From: Deltaproteobacteria bacterium TL4
GTDB lineage: Bacteria; SAR324; NAC60-12
Assembly (NCBI GenBank): GCA_051382335.1
Contig: JBBCAX010000060.1
Location: 1 to 44,284, forward strand
Length of the DNA stretch: 44,284 bases
Direction of reading: 5' to 3'
Part shown: positions 20,103-29,901 of the stretch, one piece after another
Position numbering within the stretch: position 1 is the stretch's first letter
How the letters are laid out: each line of letters opens with the position of its first letter
Program-made: the position numbers and the translations under genes
Notes under the pieces: model-generated
What the model was told of the DNA's origin: nothing
The model's database searches: none
The model's input: only the letters and a program-made list of their open reading frames with translations

Positions 20103-21416
20103 ATGAGACGACTGATCTGGTTTGTGGTATTATTGGCATTGTTTAGTCTTTTAGGCTATTTGGGTTACCTGAATGATCGAAACGTGGCGATTGGAGTGTT
20201 TGGAGACTATACCGTTCATTTCTCGTTATGGGTTGTGATTTTGGGGACGCTCCTGATTGGTTTTTTAAGCGCGGAACTGCGAATGCTGTTTTTTCATCCT
20301 GATCGGATTTTTCGCCGCATCAAACAACGACAGACCGAGGCGAAACAGGCTAAGTATGAGCAGTTATCGCGGGATTTTTATCAGGCGTGTATTTTGCGCG
20401 ATTTGGAACAGATCGGACGGACTTATGGCAAGCTTAAAACGCAGGGGGATCTCCCTGTTAACCTTCGTGAGTATCGTTTAAGACAAAAGCAATATCAACT
20501 CAGTGAAGCCTTAATTTTGGATGCGTATTATCAGTTAAAACAGCAGTTTCCCGCAAACTTACACGTTTTGTTACCCTACCAGCAACTGGCGATTGAGCAG
20601 CAAAATTGGGTATTGGTCGAGCAATTAAGTCAGGAAATCAATGACCTTGTTCGAGATCACCCTAATGCCCTGGAAGGCTTTTGTTTGGTGCATCGAGAGC
20701 GGCAAGAATGGGAGGCCTGCGTTCAAAAGGAGCGTGCCTTATTGAAGCGTTTTCCAAACAGTCTCGTTGCGGAACGGATTTATAAGAACCATGAAAGCCA
20801 CCTGTTAAAGGCCTTTCAACAGAACCCCCTTTTCTTAAAACATCAGGACCTTGGCTACCTTCCTAACAAGAACGCATTTAAAGAATTACATCATGTGGCC
20901 TTAACACTTGCTGAGGCCGCCCAGCTTCATCATTCCGGACAGTCTCTTAAAGCGGCCAATGTGTTGAAACGCTGCTATGAGAAAACCTTGTCTCCTATTG
21001 CTTTAGATGAGTTGGAACATTTATATTTCGATATGGGTGAGAATCCAAAGATCTTAAATTTTTTCTACATACTTCAGCAATCAGAAACCAAAACGATTGC
21101 GGTCGATTTGGTTTTGATCCGGATGTTATACAAAAGTGGCAAATGGCAGGAAGCCCATCGATTGTTGGATAAAGTGGGGGAGCAATCCTCACCATTACCC
21201 CTGCTTTACTACGCCTTGAAGTATCAGTATTCAACCAAACAAGAAACGCCTGATGATGAACTTCAAGCGGCGAGGATCTTACTTCAAGCAGGAAATGTAT
21301 TAGAAAATCTTTACCAATGCAGGCATTGCGGTGCCACAGGGAATTGGACGTCTGTCTGTTCCCGGTGTAATGCGATGTATACTTATAGTCCAAGGATTGC
21401 TTCCGGAGTCACCTAA
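20103..21416 (+). CDS. LapA/LapB-like membrane protein (two TM, TPR-like helices, C-terminal rubredoxin-like CxxC..CxxC)
   Basis: N-terminal TM pair; YQCRHCG...W..VCSRC at the C-terminus. Confidence 0.6.
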   Translation: MRRLIWFVVLLALFSLLGYLGYLNDRNVAIGVFGDYTVHFSLWVVILGTLLIGFLSAELRMLFFHPDRIFRRIKQRQTEAKQAKYEQLSRDFYQACILRDLEQIGRTYGKLKTQGDLPVNLREYRLRQKQYQLSEALILDAYYQLKQQFPANLHVLLPYQQLAIEQQNWVLVEQLSQEINDLVRDHPNALEGFCLVHRERQEWEACVQKERALLKRFPNSLVAERIYKNHESHLLKAFQQNPLFLKHQDLGYLPNKNAFKELHHVALTLAEAAQLHHSGQSLKAANVLKRCYEKTLSPIALDELEHLYFDMGENPKILNFFYILQQSETKTIAVDLVLIRMLYKSGKWQEAHRLLDKVGEQSSPLPLLYYALKYQYSTKQETPDDELQAARILLQAGNVLENLYQCRHCGATGNWTSVCSRCNAMYTYSPRIASGVT

Positions 21417-21423
21417 AGGTCGA

Positions 21424-21834
21424 ATGATGTTACGTCAACAACTCCTCTCTCTGTTTCCATGGTTATTCCTTCAGTGTCTGCTGGCATTCCCTGTTGTGGC
21501 CCAAACACCTCAGCCACGAGAGCAAGTCAGACTTTATCAACAATTAACACGTTATCCCACCGCCATGGAACGTCAGGAGCGTTTGGCGCATTACCAACGG
21601 CTTCGTCAAACACAGCAGCGGCAAGAGCAAAGCTCTCAGCAACAGCACCTGGAACAATTGCAGCAACATGCTCAAAAAATTGCGGACCGACAAAAGGAAG
21701 AAAAAGGATTCTACTCTCGAAATAGTCACCTCGTTGAGATCATAGCCTCCTCAAAAGAAAAAACCAATGCTATTTACGCAAGAAGACGACTCGAAGAAAT
21801 TTTAATAAAACGATCAACCCACAAGGTAGATTAA
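21424..21834 (+). CDS. Hypothetical exported Gln-rich helical protein
   Basis: Signal peptide (VVA-Q); in line with the surrounding gene run. Confidence 0.6.
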   Translation: MMLRQQLLSLFPWLFLQCLLAFPVVAQTPQPREQVRLYQQLTRYPTAMERQERLAHYQRLRQTQQRQEQSSQQQHLEQLQQHAQKIADRQKEEKGFYSRNSHLVEIIASSKEKTNAIYARRRLEEILIKRSTHKVD

Positions 21835-21872
21835 AACATCCGCCTAAAACCTCATCCTACCTGATAATTCTT

Positions 21873-23015
21873 ATGGTATCTTCTGAGCTCATAAACGTCC
21901 GTACTCTGTATAAAACAGGATTTTATTGGATTATTGCGGTTTTGTGTTTTTTAATAACACTGACCTCAATCTTTACTTACTTCGATTTGGATCGTACGAT
22001 TTCCTCCTGGTTTTACCTGGGAAGAGCAGGAGGCTGGGCGTTGGTTGAGTCACAACCCTGGAAATGGCTTTATGAGTTTGGAACGATTCCTGGATTTTTA
22101 TTAACGTTAGGGGCAGTAATTCTCTATGTCCTCTCTCATTTGAAAACACGCTGGACCTCCTGGAGACGTTATGCGATTTTACTCATTTTATCCTCCCTGA
22201 TTGGGGGCGGTGTGTTGGTTAACGCGGTGCTTAAAGATTATTGGGGCCGTCCTCGTCCCCGTCAAATTCAAGAATTTCAGGGTAAGTGGGAATATCGTCA
22301 CCCCTATCAACCAGGTATTGCGGGAAAGGGGAAATCGTTCCCTTGTGGCCATTGTACGATGGGCTATCTTTTCGTCACCTGTGCCTTTTTATACCGGAAA
22401 TCAAAGTTCCTTGCAATTTCAGGAACTGGTTTTGGAATCGTCTATGGTTTTTTAATGAGCATTGCCAGGATCGGACAAGGAGGGCATTATGCAAGTGACA
22501 CCTTCTGGGCTTTAGGAATCATCCTTTTAACAGCCTTAGTGCTTTACTACTGGGTTTTAAAGATTCCCTTATATGCGAATGAACCGCTTTCAAGCGTTTC
22601 TTCCCCATATACGCCTGCGGTTTGCCTGGGAGCGATTGGTGTCATTTTCGTGATGATCGCTGTTTTCTCAACGCGTCGTCCTCTCTACCAGGAGCACCGT
22701 ACTTATCATTTTACCTTGGATACCTCAACCTCTCTGAAAGTACAGACCCATTTGGCCCCTGAAGATTTTCAAATTATGTTTACGCAACAAATACCTCAAG
22801 GCTCTATTCAAGCGATTGTCCGTGGTTTTGGTTGGCCTGACACAACGGATGAAATTCTGATCCAACGAAGATCCCAAGGAGAAACCTTTTTTCTTGAATA
22901 CGACCTGAGTCCTAAAGGCTATTATTCTGAAAAGAGTGTTATCATTTTTTTAAAACTACCGCACTCCTTTAGAGGAAAGGTTGAGATTGAGCGAAAGCCA
23001 GAAGCAATGCGATGA
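21873..23015 (+). CDS. PAP2-family membrane phosphatase (lipid A phosphatase-like) with C-terminal extension
   Basis: KDYWGRPRP, SFPCGH and RIGQGGHYASD motifs; multiple TM segments. Confidence 0.85.
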   Translation: MVSSELINVRTLYKTGFYWIIAVLCFLITLTSIFTYFDLDRTISSWFYLGRAGGWALVESQPWKWLYEFGTIPGFLLTLGAVILYVLSHLKTRWTSWRRYAILLILSSLIGGGVLVNAVLKDYWGRPRPRQIQEFQGKWEYRHPYQPGIAGKGKSFPCGHCTMGYLFVTCAFLYRKSKFLAISGTGFGIVYGFLMSIARIGQGGHYASDTFWALGIILLTALVLYYWVLKIPLYANEPLSSVSSPYTPAVCLGAIGVIFVMIAVFSTRRPLYQEHRTYHFTLDTSTSLKVQTHLAPEDFQIMFTQQIPQGSIQAIVRGFGWPDTTDEILIQRRSQGETFFLEYDLSPKGYYSEKSVIIFLKLPHSFRGKVEIERKPEAMR

Positions 23016-23018
23016 GAA

Positions 23019-23822
23019 TCACTCTGTTTCCTTTTTTGCCGTTCTCGGTTCAGTCATCCAGGCGACAACGATGCTGATTTCGTACAGAACGAGTAAGGGG
23101 AAAGCCATCAAAAGTTGAGTCAGCACATCGGGAGGGGTGAGGATTGCTGCGACAATAAAAATGGCAACTATGGCGTATCTTCGGTTTTCCCGAAGCCATT
23201 CGGCATCAATGACTCCCATGCGTGTTAGAAAAAAGGTGATGACGGGAAGCTCAAAAACGATACCAAACGCAAACAGGAGCTGAATGGTTAGAGAGAGGTA
23301 GTCTCCCATTCTTAATGAGGGTACGGTAAATTGATTCTGAAAACCGAGAAAAAAATCATAACCAAAAGGAATAACGATCAGGTACCCAAAAAGTCCGCCT
23401 CCTATAAACAAGGGCAAGGAAAGGATCAAAAAGGGCCAAAACATTCTTTGTTCTTGAGGATAGAGTGCGGGTTTTACAAATAACCAGAGCTGTCCTAAGG
23501 TTAAAGGGAATGTTAAAAAAAGAGACGTATATAAGCCGATACGCAGATAAGTAAAAAAAGGTTCGGTGAGTTCATCGAAAACTAAGGGGATGTGGCGTGC
23601 GTCCAAGGGAGCTCGAAAGATTGCGAGAATAGGTTGTCCCAACTGCATTTCCACGGAAGTCGCCACGACAAACCCCGCAAAGACAAATGAAAAAATAATG
23701 AGCAACCGCTTTCGTAATTCAGCAAGATGTTCCGTCAGTGGCATGGGAGTATCACCTGGAGCGTCTTCAAAACTGTTTGAGGGGGCTTTGGCGTTTGTTT
23801 TTTGTTCCATAATATTTTTCAA
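23019..23822 (-). CDS. tatC: Twin-arginine translocase subunit TatC
   Basis: MPLTEHLAELRKRL, QLWLFVKPALY..E, FGIVFELP, AAILTPPD. Confidence 0.96.
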   Translation of the reverse strand: MKNIMEQKTNAKAPSNSFEDAPGDTPMPLTEHLAELRKRLLIIFSFVFAGFVVATSVEMQLGQPILAIFRAPLDARHIPLVFDELTEPFFTYLRIGLYTSLFLTFPLTLGQLWLFVKPALYPQEQRMFWPFLILSLPLFIGGGLFGYLIVIPFGYDFFLGFQNQFTVPSLRMGDYLSLTIQLLFAFGIVFELPVITFFLTRMGVIDAEWLRENRRYAIVAIFIVAAILTPPDVLTQLLMAFPLLVLYEISIVVAWMTEPRTAKKETE

Positions 23823-23960
23823 TAATTAACAAATCAGTGTTATGTTGAGTGGGTTAAGATTTAGAATTTTGCTTATACCTCTCATGAGGAGATCCTCTTT
23901 TAACATGATTCACAGCGATTTGCACGTGTAACCTCAAGCAATTTATCTGAGTTGGTTCTT

Positions 23961-26861
23961 ATGAAATGGTATCTTCCTGGACTCATGATTTTCTGGATGG
24001 GTTTAATGGTAACACAGGGACGGTGTGCTGATGATGAATACCTCCTGTCCCATACCTTCAAGTTGGGAGAAAAGACAGTCTATGACTCTATTTTCAGCGC
24101 AGACAGTCGTACCCTGGTCACGTTAGCAAAATCGCATCACATTGAAGTCTGGTATCTGCAAAATTCTAACCGCCTGCGTTCCATTTCCACAGGAAAGCAT
24201 AGCGCCATTTCTATGGTTTATCACCCTCGCCAACCGTTAATAATCACCGGTGGAAAAGACAACAATATTCAAATATGGGATGTCAATCAAGCACAATCCA
24301 AAGGCATCCTGCGGGGACATATAGGAAATGTAAATACTTTAGCGGTGGATCTCAAAGGTGAGCTTCTGGTTTCAGGCAGTCATATTGGGAATTTGATTGT
24401 GTGGGATCTGGGAAAAAAAGCGAGGCACCTTAAATTATCGAACGCTCATCAAGGTGCCATTTTTAGTGTCGCCATTCATCCTAACGGACAGGTGTTTGCC
24501 AGCGCAGGAAAAGATAAAAAAATAAAAATTTGGCAACTCCCTTCAGGTAAGCTTCTCCAAACACTCAATAAACACACCCAAGATGTAAATCAAATACGTT
24601 TTCATCCAGAAGGCAAATGGCTGGGATCCGCGTCAAATGACAAAACCCTGATTTTGTGGGACTGGGAAAGCGGACAGGCTAAGCAGGAACTGGTCGGGCA
24701 CAAAAAAGCGGTTACCAGTTTTGACTTTCATCCCAATGGCCCATATTTGATTTCCGCAGGGCTTGATTCTGAAGCGATTTTATGGGAACTCCCGGCTGGA
24801 AAAATAGTGAACAAACTCAAGCCGATGGACTCTCCTGCGATGCGTTTGCAGTTTGATGGCAAAGGAGAACGTCTTAGTGCGGCTTTTGATAACGGCGTGG
24901 CACAAGTTTGGACCTTGGGCAAATCGTCTTTTTTCGCATCGTTGACGGGACATACGCGGACCATCACTTCCCTCGATTTTACGCCTAATGGAAAATACTT
25001 ATTATCCGCCTCCATGGATCAAAGTCTCAAAATTTGGGATCTCAGCAACCAGAAACTCATGCGAACCTATTCGACTCAAAGTCATCGGGTACAAGACGTG
25101 CGATTTTCCAAAGACAGCAAATTGTTTGTCACCGCGGGTGCGGATTCAACGATAGGGATTTGGAATACCCAAAGTGGGGACCGAACTGGATCCTTACTGA
25201 AGCATCGGGGGAAAGTCAATACGCTCAGTTTTCATCCCAGTGATCCGGTACTCGTTTCAGGAGGTTCTGATCAAAAATGGATCTTGTGGGATCTGACAAA
25301 AAAAATTCCCCTTTTAGAGCAAAGTGCCCATGATGACCAAATCAACGCCGTCCGTTTCTCCCGTGATGGTCAATTTTTTGCGACAGGTAGTGGCGATAAA
25401 ACGATTAAGCTCTGGAGTTATCCTCAAGGCGAGTTGTTAACAACGCTTAAAAGTCATAAAAAAGCAGTTCTGGATCTTGAATTCAGTCCTGTTGAAGCAT
25501 TACTGGCCTCAGCCTCTCAAGATAAGACGATTAAACTTTGGGAGGTCAGTGATCCTAAAAAAGCCAAGTTGAAACATACGCTTAAAGGGCATCAATTTAT
25601 TGTAAATCGAGTCCTTTTTTCTAAAGATGGACGTACCTTGATTTCAATTTCCAAAGACAAAACAGTTCGTTTGTGGGAGGTGAAATCTGGAGATCAAATT
25701 CGCATCTTAAGTGGAGAAAACAATCCGTTGGTTTCAGGGAGTATTTCGCCTGATGGCAAACTGATCGCGGTTGGCTCGCTTGCCAATGAAATTATTATAT
25801 TTTCCTACCCTTTGAGTATCGCTGAATTTAAAACCGGAACTCGCGTCAAAAATGCGGCGGGCCGTCCTGGTTCGGCGGGACTTGAGACAGAATCCTCGGG
25901 TGCGAAATCCCAAGGGAGTCCCCTTAAGGATAAAGAGGTTCTGGATACCGCTGATCTGGAAAATGAAGACGACGAAAAGGCTCGTGAAGCCGAGGAACTT
26001 AAGGTTTTTGCTCTATCGGAGAAGGGCAATTCTTCGGAAATAGAACAAGCTGAGCGGAATCAATATCTATTGAATCGCTTACTCGCGGAACGGCAAACGT
26101 GTAAAAATTACAGAGCGATCAATGAACTGGTGTTGCAAATTCTTCGGATCCTTCCCAATGATCAGGCTGCCTATCACGCGTTGCTAAAGACGTCTTTATT
26201 ACAGGGTGATTTAAAAATGGTTTATCTCATGGCATCCTTAGGACAGAAGGCCCAATTTTATACCAACCGATATACCTACGCCAATCCCCTGGATGTCTCC
26301 AACGTATTTCATTCCTGGTTAACGCAAATATTTGACCAGTCTCATCAACGTCAGGGGGAACAAATTTCTCTTACCTTACGGGACTGTCAAGGAAAAGTCA
26401 TCGACCTGGAAGTTCCACTCCTTACAACCCAGCTAGGGCTTTCAAAGGAGTTTGTAGAACAAGTGACCTCCATCGCCTTTTTTATTGATATTCGAGATTT
26501 CCAAAACATCCATGAAATAGAGTTCAAAAATAGGATATTTGCGGAACTTTTACGTGCGGTTACTACAAAAACACCTTATCCTAAAACTCGAATTCCTTTA
26601 TCTCCCTCAACACGGGCACCTGAAATCAAAACAGGGATCTTACATGTCAATTTGGAACGCCTGCAATCGTGGGGGCATCCCGGAAAAGTGGAGTTCCAAC
26701 TAAGAGAAAGTGGGGAACCTTGGCAAACTTATATCACCGATCAGGACAAAATCGCCATCATCTCACTGCACTCAGGAAAATACTACCTGAGCGCGGAAAA
26801 CAACATTCGCCGGGCCTTCATACTCCAGCCCGAACAAACGATAAAGATGAAGATTGAGTGA
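23961..26861 (+). CDS. Exported WD40-repeat protein (about 14 repeats) with unique C-terminal region
   Basis: Repeated GH...V..V.F.PDG..LAS.S.D.TIKLW units; N-terminal signal peptide. Confidence 0.9.
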   Translation: MKWYLPGLMIFWMGLMVTQGRCADDEYLLSHTFKLGEKTVYDSIFSADSRTLVTLAKSHHIEVWYLQNSNRLRSISTGKHSAISMVYHPRQPLIITGGKDNNIQIWDVNQAQSKGILRGHIGNVNTLAVDLKGELLVSGSHIGNLIVWDLGKKARHLKLSNAHQGAIFSVAIHPNGQVFASAGKDKKIKIWQLPSGKLLQTLNKHTQDVNQIRFHPEGKWLGSASNDKTLILWDWESGQAKQELVGHKKAVTSFDFHPNGPYLISAGLDSEAILWELPAGKIVNKLKPMDSPAMRLQFDGKGERLSAAFDNGVAQVWTLGKSSFFASLTGHTRTITSLDFTPNGKYLLSASMDQSLKIWDLSNQKLMRTYSTQSHRVQDVRFSKDSKLFVTAGADSTIGIWNTQSGDRTGSLLKHRGKVNTLSFHPSDPVLVSGGSDQKWILWDLTKKIPLLEQSAHDDQINAVRFSRDGQFFATGSGDKTIKLWSYPQGELLTTLKSHKKAVLDLEFSPVEALLASASQDKTIKLWEVSDPKKAKLKHTLKGHQFIVNRVLFSKDGRTLISISKDKTVRLWEVKSGDQIRILSGENNPLVSGSISPDGKLIAVGSLANEIIIFSYPLSIAEFKTGTRVKNAAGRPGSAGLETESSGAKSQGSPLKDKEVLDTADLENEDDEKAREAEELKVFALSEKGNSSEIEQAERNQYLLNRLLAERQTCKNYRAINELVLQILRILPNDQAAYHALLKTSLLQGDLKMVYLMASLGQKAQFYTNRYTYANPLDVSNVFHSWLTQIFDQSHQRQGEQISLTLRDCQGKVIDLEVPLLTTQLGLSKEFVEQVTSIAFFIDIRDFQNIHEIEFKNRIFAELLRAVTTKTPYPKTRIPLSPSTRAPEIKTGILHVNLERLQSWGHPGKVEFQLRESGEPWQTYITDQDKIAIISLHSGKYYLSAENNIRRAFILQPEQTIKMKIE

Positions 26862-28697
26862 TTAAATGTTTCTGACCGCACCATGAGCAGCGCTGGTTGT
26901 CATGGAAGCATAGGCTTGTAAGGCCTTGCTGATGATACGATTTCGACTGACAGGTTTCCAGGCGGCTGGCCCCTTTCCTTCCATGACTTGACGGCGTTTG
27001 GATAACATTTCCTCGGAGACCACAACCTGGATACTGCGGTTAGGAATGTCGATTTCAATGAGATCCCCTTCGTGAATCAAACCCAGACTTCCTCCTTCAG
27101 CGGCTTCTGGAGAGACATGCCCAATGGAAAGGCCTGACGTTCCACCTGAAAAACGTCCATCCGTAATTAACGCACAAACTTTACCTAACCCTTTTGCTTT
27201 AAGATAGGTGGTGGGATAAAGCATTTCCTGCATCCCCGGTCCGCCTTTGGGACCTTCATACCGGATGATGACGATGTCTCCAGGCTTGATTTTATCGGAC
27301 AAAATGCCTTCAACGGCATCCTCTTGACTTTCAAAAATTCGGGCAGGGCCCTTGAACTTAAGAATGGATTCATCAACTCCCGCCGTTTTGACAATACACC
27401 CATCAAGAGCGAGGTTTCCGTAGAGAATGGCTAATCCGCCATCTTGACTATAGGCATTTTCGATACTTCGAATACAACCTTTTTTCCGGTCTGAATCCAA
27501 GGCTTCCCATTGTTCACTTTGAGAAAATGCCTGTTGGCTAGGTTGATTTCCGATACCTGCCAAGAAACGCTGATGGGCCGACTCATTCTTTGGATCACAA
27601 ATATCCCATTTTGAAATGGCCTCTCCCATGGATTTATCGTGGATGATGTTGACGTCTCTGTGAATTAATTGGCCCCGGTCAAGTTCCGCGAGAATTCCGA
27701 AAACACCTCCCGCTCGGTGAACATCTTCAACGTGATAATAGGCCACCGATGGCGCCACTTTGCACAAATTGGGTGTTTTTTTGGAAAGGCGGTCAATATC
27801 CTTCATGTTGAAATTAACTTCGCCTTCACGAGCGGCCGCAAGCAAGTGTAAGACTGTGTTGGTGGAGCCCCCCATTGCAATATCCAGACGCATTGCGTTT
27901 TCAAAGGCTTCTTTGGTCGCAATAGAGCGGGGAAGGACGGATTCGTCATTTTGTTCATAATATTTTTTTGTGACCTCGACGATAATCCGACCTGCCTCTA
28001 AAAATAAAGCCTTTCGTGCCGCATGAGTCGCGACAAGCGTTCCATTTCCAGGCAAACTTAAACCTAAGGCTTCCATTAAACAGTTCATTGAATTTGCGGT
28101 AAACATTCCAGAACAGGAACCACAGGTAGGACAGGCGGAGCGTTCATATTCGGCAAGCTCTTCATCAGTAACGTCATCACTGCCGCCGGCAATCATCGCA
28201 TCCACCAAATCCAAATGCTTTTTTTGGCCTCTAATGGTTGCGACTCCGGCTTCCATGGGCCCTCCCGAGACAAAAATCGTAGGAATGTTCATACGTAAAG
28301 ACGCCATCAACATCCCCGGTGTGATTTTGTCGCAATTTGAAATGCAAAGCATGGCATCCGCACAATGCGCATTGACCATATATTCCACAGAATCCGCAAT
28401 CAACTCACGGGAAGGCAAGCTATACAACATTCCGGAGTGTCCCATCGCAATGCCGTCATCAATGGCAATCGTGTTGAATTCTTTGGCAATGCCTCCACAC
28501 TTATAAATCTCTGCGGCAACCATTTGTCCCAAATCCTTCAAGTGAACGTGTCCCGGAACAAATTGAGTGAATGAATTCGCAATTGCTATAATCGGTTTTC
28601 CAAAGTCTGAGTCTTTAGTCCCAGTCGCTCGCCATAAAGCACGAGCACCAGCCATGTTTCTTCCATGAGTCGTGGTTCGTGAACGGTATTCAGGCAT
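26862..28697 (-). CDS. ilvD: Dihydroxy-acid dehydratase
   Basis: [59 protein letters not shown]. Confidence 0.98.
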   Translation of the reverse strand: MPEYRSRTTTHGRNMAGARALWRATGTKDSDFGKPIIAIANSFTQFVPGHVHLKDLGQMVAAEIYKCGGIAKEFNTIAIDDGIAMGHSGMLYSLPSRELIADSVEYMVNAHCADAMLCISNCDKITPGMLMASLRMNIPTIFVSGGPMEAGVATIRGQKKHLDLVDAMIAGGSDDVTDEELAEYERSACPTCGSCSGMFTANSMNCLMEALGLSLPGNGTLVATHAARKALFLEAGRIIVEVTKKYYEQNDESVLPRSIATKEAFENAMRLDIAMGGSTNTVLHLLAAAREGEVNFNMKDIDRLSKKTPNLCKVAPSVAYYHVEDVHRAGGVFGILAELDRGQLIHRDVNIIHDKSMGEAISKWDICDPKNESAHQRFLAGIGNQPSQQAFSQSEQWEALDSDRKKGCIRSIENAYSQDGGLAILYGNLALDGCIVKTAGVDESILKFKGPARIFESQEDAVEGILSDKIKPGDIVIIRYEGPKGGPGMQEMLYPTTYLKAKGLGKVCALITDGRFSGGTSGLSIGHVSPEAAEGGSLGLIHEGDLIEIDIPNRSIQVVVSEEMLSKRRQVMEGKGPAAWKPVSRNRIISKALQAYASMTTSAAHGAVRNI

Positions 28698-28871
28698 GAA
28701 AATCTCCTACAATAAGGTTTTTGGATTGATAGAATGGGGGGTTCGCCATCGGTGCCTGTTTTTGGAGTACAGAAATCAATAAAAAGGCCGACTTTTTAAA
28801 TCGTCTCCTGCTTGGCGTGGAGAACATACACGCCACTTCCTTGCGTCGCATCGCACGCAAAGCGCCCTGAC

Positions 28872-28902
28872 AGGCATTCCCACGCAAAGCCTGGGAATGC
28901 CT
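28872..28902. repeat. REP-like hairpin between cytochrome c and ilvD
   Basis: AGGCATTCCCA / TGGGAATGCCT perfect 11-bp stem. Confidence 0.55.
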
Positions 28903-28929
28903 AATTGCGAGCCAGAGCCGGGCAGGAAG

Positions 28930-29559
28930 TTACTTCTTGAGGCTGTTGATGTAAGAAGCTACATTTTTTACGTCATTATCAGTAGGCAATATCATGGACA
29001 TAGGTCGCATTTGAAGACCAAAAATGTCCTTGGAATCTACTCCCCGAATACCCGCTTTGAAGTTTTTCAGTTGTCGCTGTAGATACCAATCATGCTGCCC
29101 TGCTATACTTGGAGCGTTAAGCACCTTATTCCCTTTGCCATCAGCGCCATGACAACTGGCGCAAACCACAAAAGACATTTTACCGGCGTTGACATCTCCA
29201 CCGATTGTAGCCGCCGCGTTCACAGGAGGTAAAGAGGCAACATAAGCGGCAACATCCTCCACCGCTTTGTCATTAACTAAAGTCATTGACATGGGACGCA
29301 TTTGCATTCCGAACGCATCCTCAGCGTGAGTTCCTCTGGCCCCAACTTTAAAGTTATTGAGCTGGCGAACGATATACCAATCTTCTTGTCCCGCAATCGC
29401 CGGAGCATTTAAAGCGGCATTTCCCGCTCCATTTGCCGCATGACACGCGACACATATTCCAAAAAGTACTTTTCCTGCTACTTTGTCACCCGCAGTTACA
29501 GTCATCGCGAAACTCATCGCCATTACCAGGGTCATGCCTACGAATAATAGTTTCTTCAT
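28930..29559 (-). CDS. Dihaem cytochrome c (c4/c553-like)
   Basis: Signal peptide; CVACH and CASCH; two internally similar halves, each with AP.IAGQ and a distal Met. Confidence 0.92.
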   Translation of the reverse strand: MKKLLFVGMTLVMAMSFAMTVTAGDKVAGKVLFGICVACHAANGAGNAALNAPAIAGQEDWYIVRQLNNFKVGARGTHAEDAFGMQMRPMSMTLVNDKAVEDVAAYVASLPPVNAAATIGGDVNAGKMSFVVCASCHGADGKGNKVLNAPSIAGQHDWYLQRQLKNFKAGIRGVDSKDIFGLQMRPMSMILPTDNDVKNVASYINSLKK

Positions 29560-29901
29560 TTTTCTCCTAAGGAACCAAGTTGATTGAATATCATGACTTC
29601 TGTATCAATCTGAAGATCTTCGATTAAGTTCGTACAAAGCCACATATAAGGCGCATAGGACTAACCTTCTTTATTGAAATACTCAAGCACTTTTCTCGCT
29701 TATTCTCGTTTAATTGCAAGGAATTAGGTCCCTATTTCTACCCCTAAGTCCCTCAATCCTGATTTTTTACTTGAGTCCTCCTTGATAAATCCCTATTTTA
29801 AAACGTCATGAGATTCGATACTCATGGATCCAAAATATAAAACTAGATCCTACTTTTCTAAGCCCTCAATTGTGAATGGGGAAACAACAAACAGAGCAAT
29901 T

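Noticed and set aside
28698..28930. ilvD attenuator or leader peptide
   Set aside because: No short ORF rich in Ile/Leu/Val codons; the hairpin is better explained as REP-like.
29560..29901. SAM or cobalamin riboswitch upstream of metH
   Set aside because: No recognisable conserved motifs; it looks like an AT-rich divergent promoter region.
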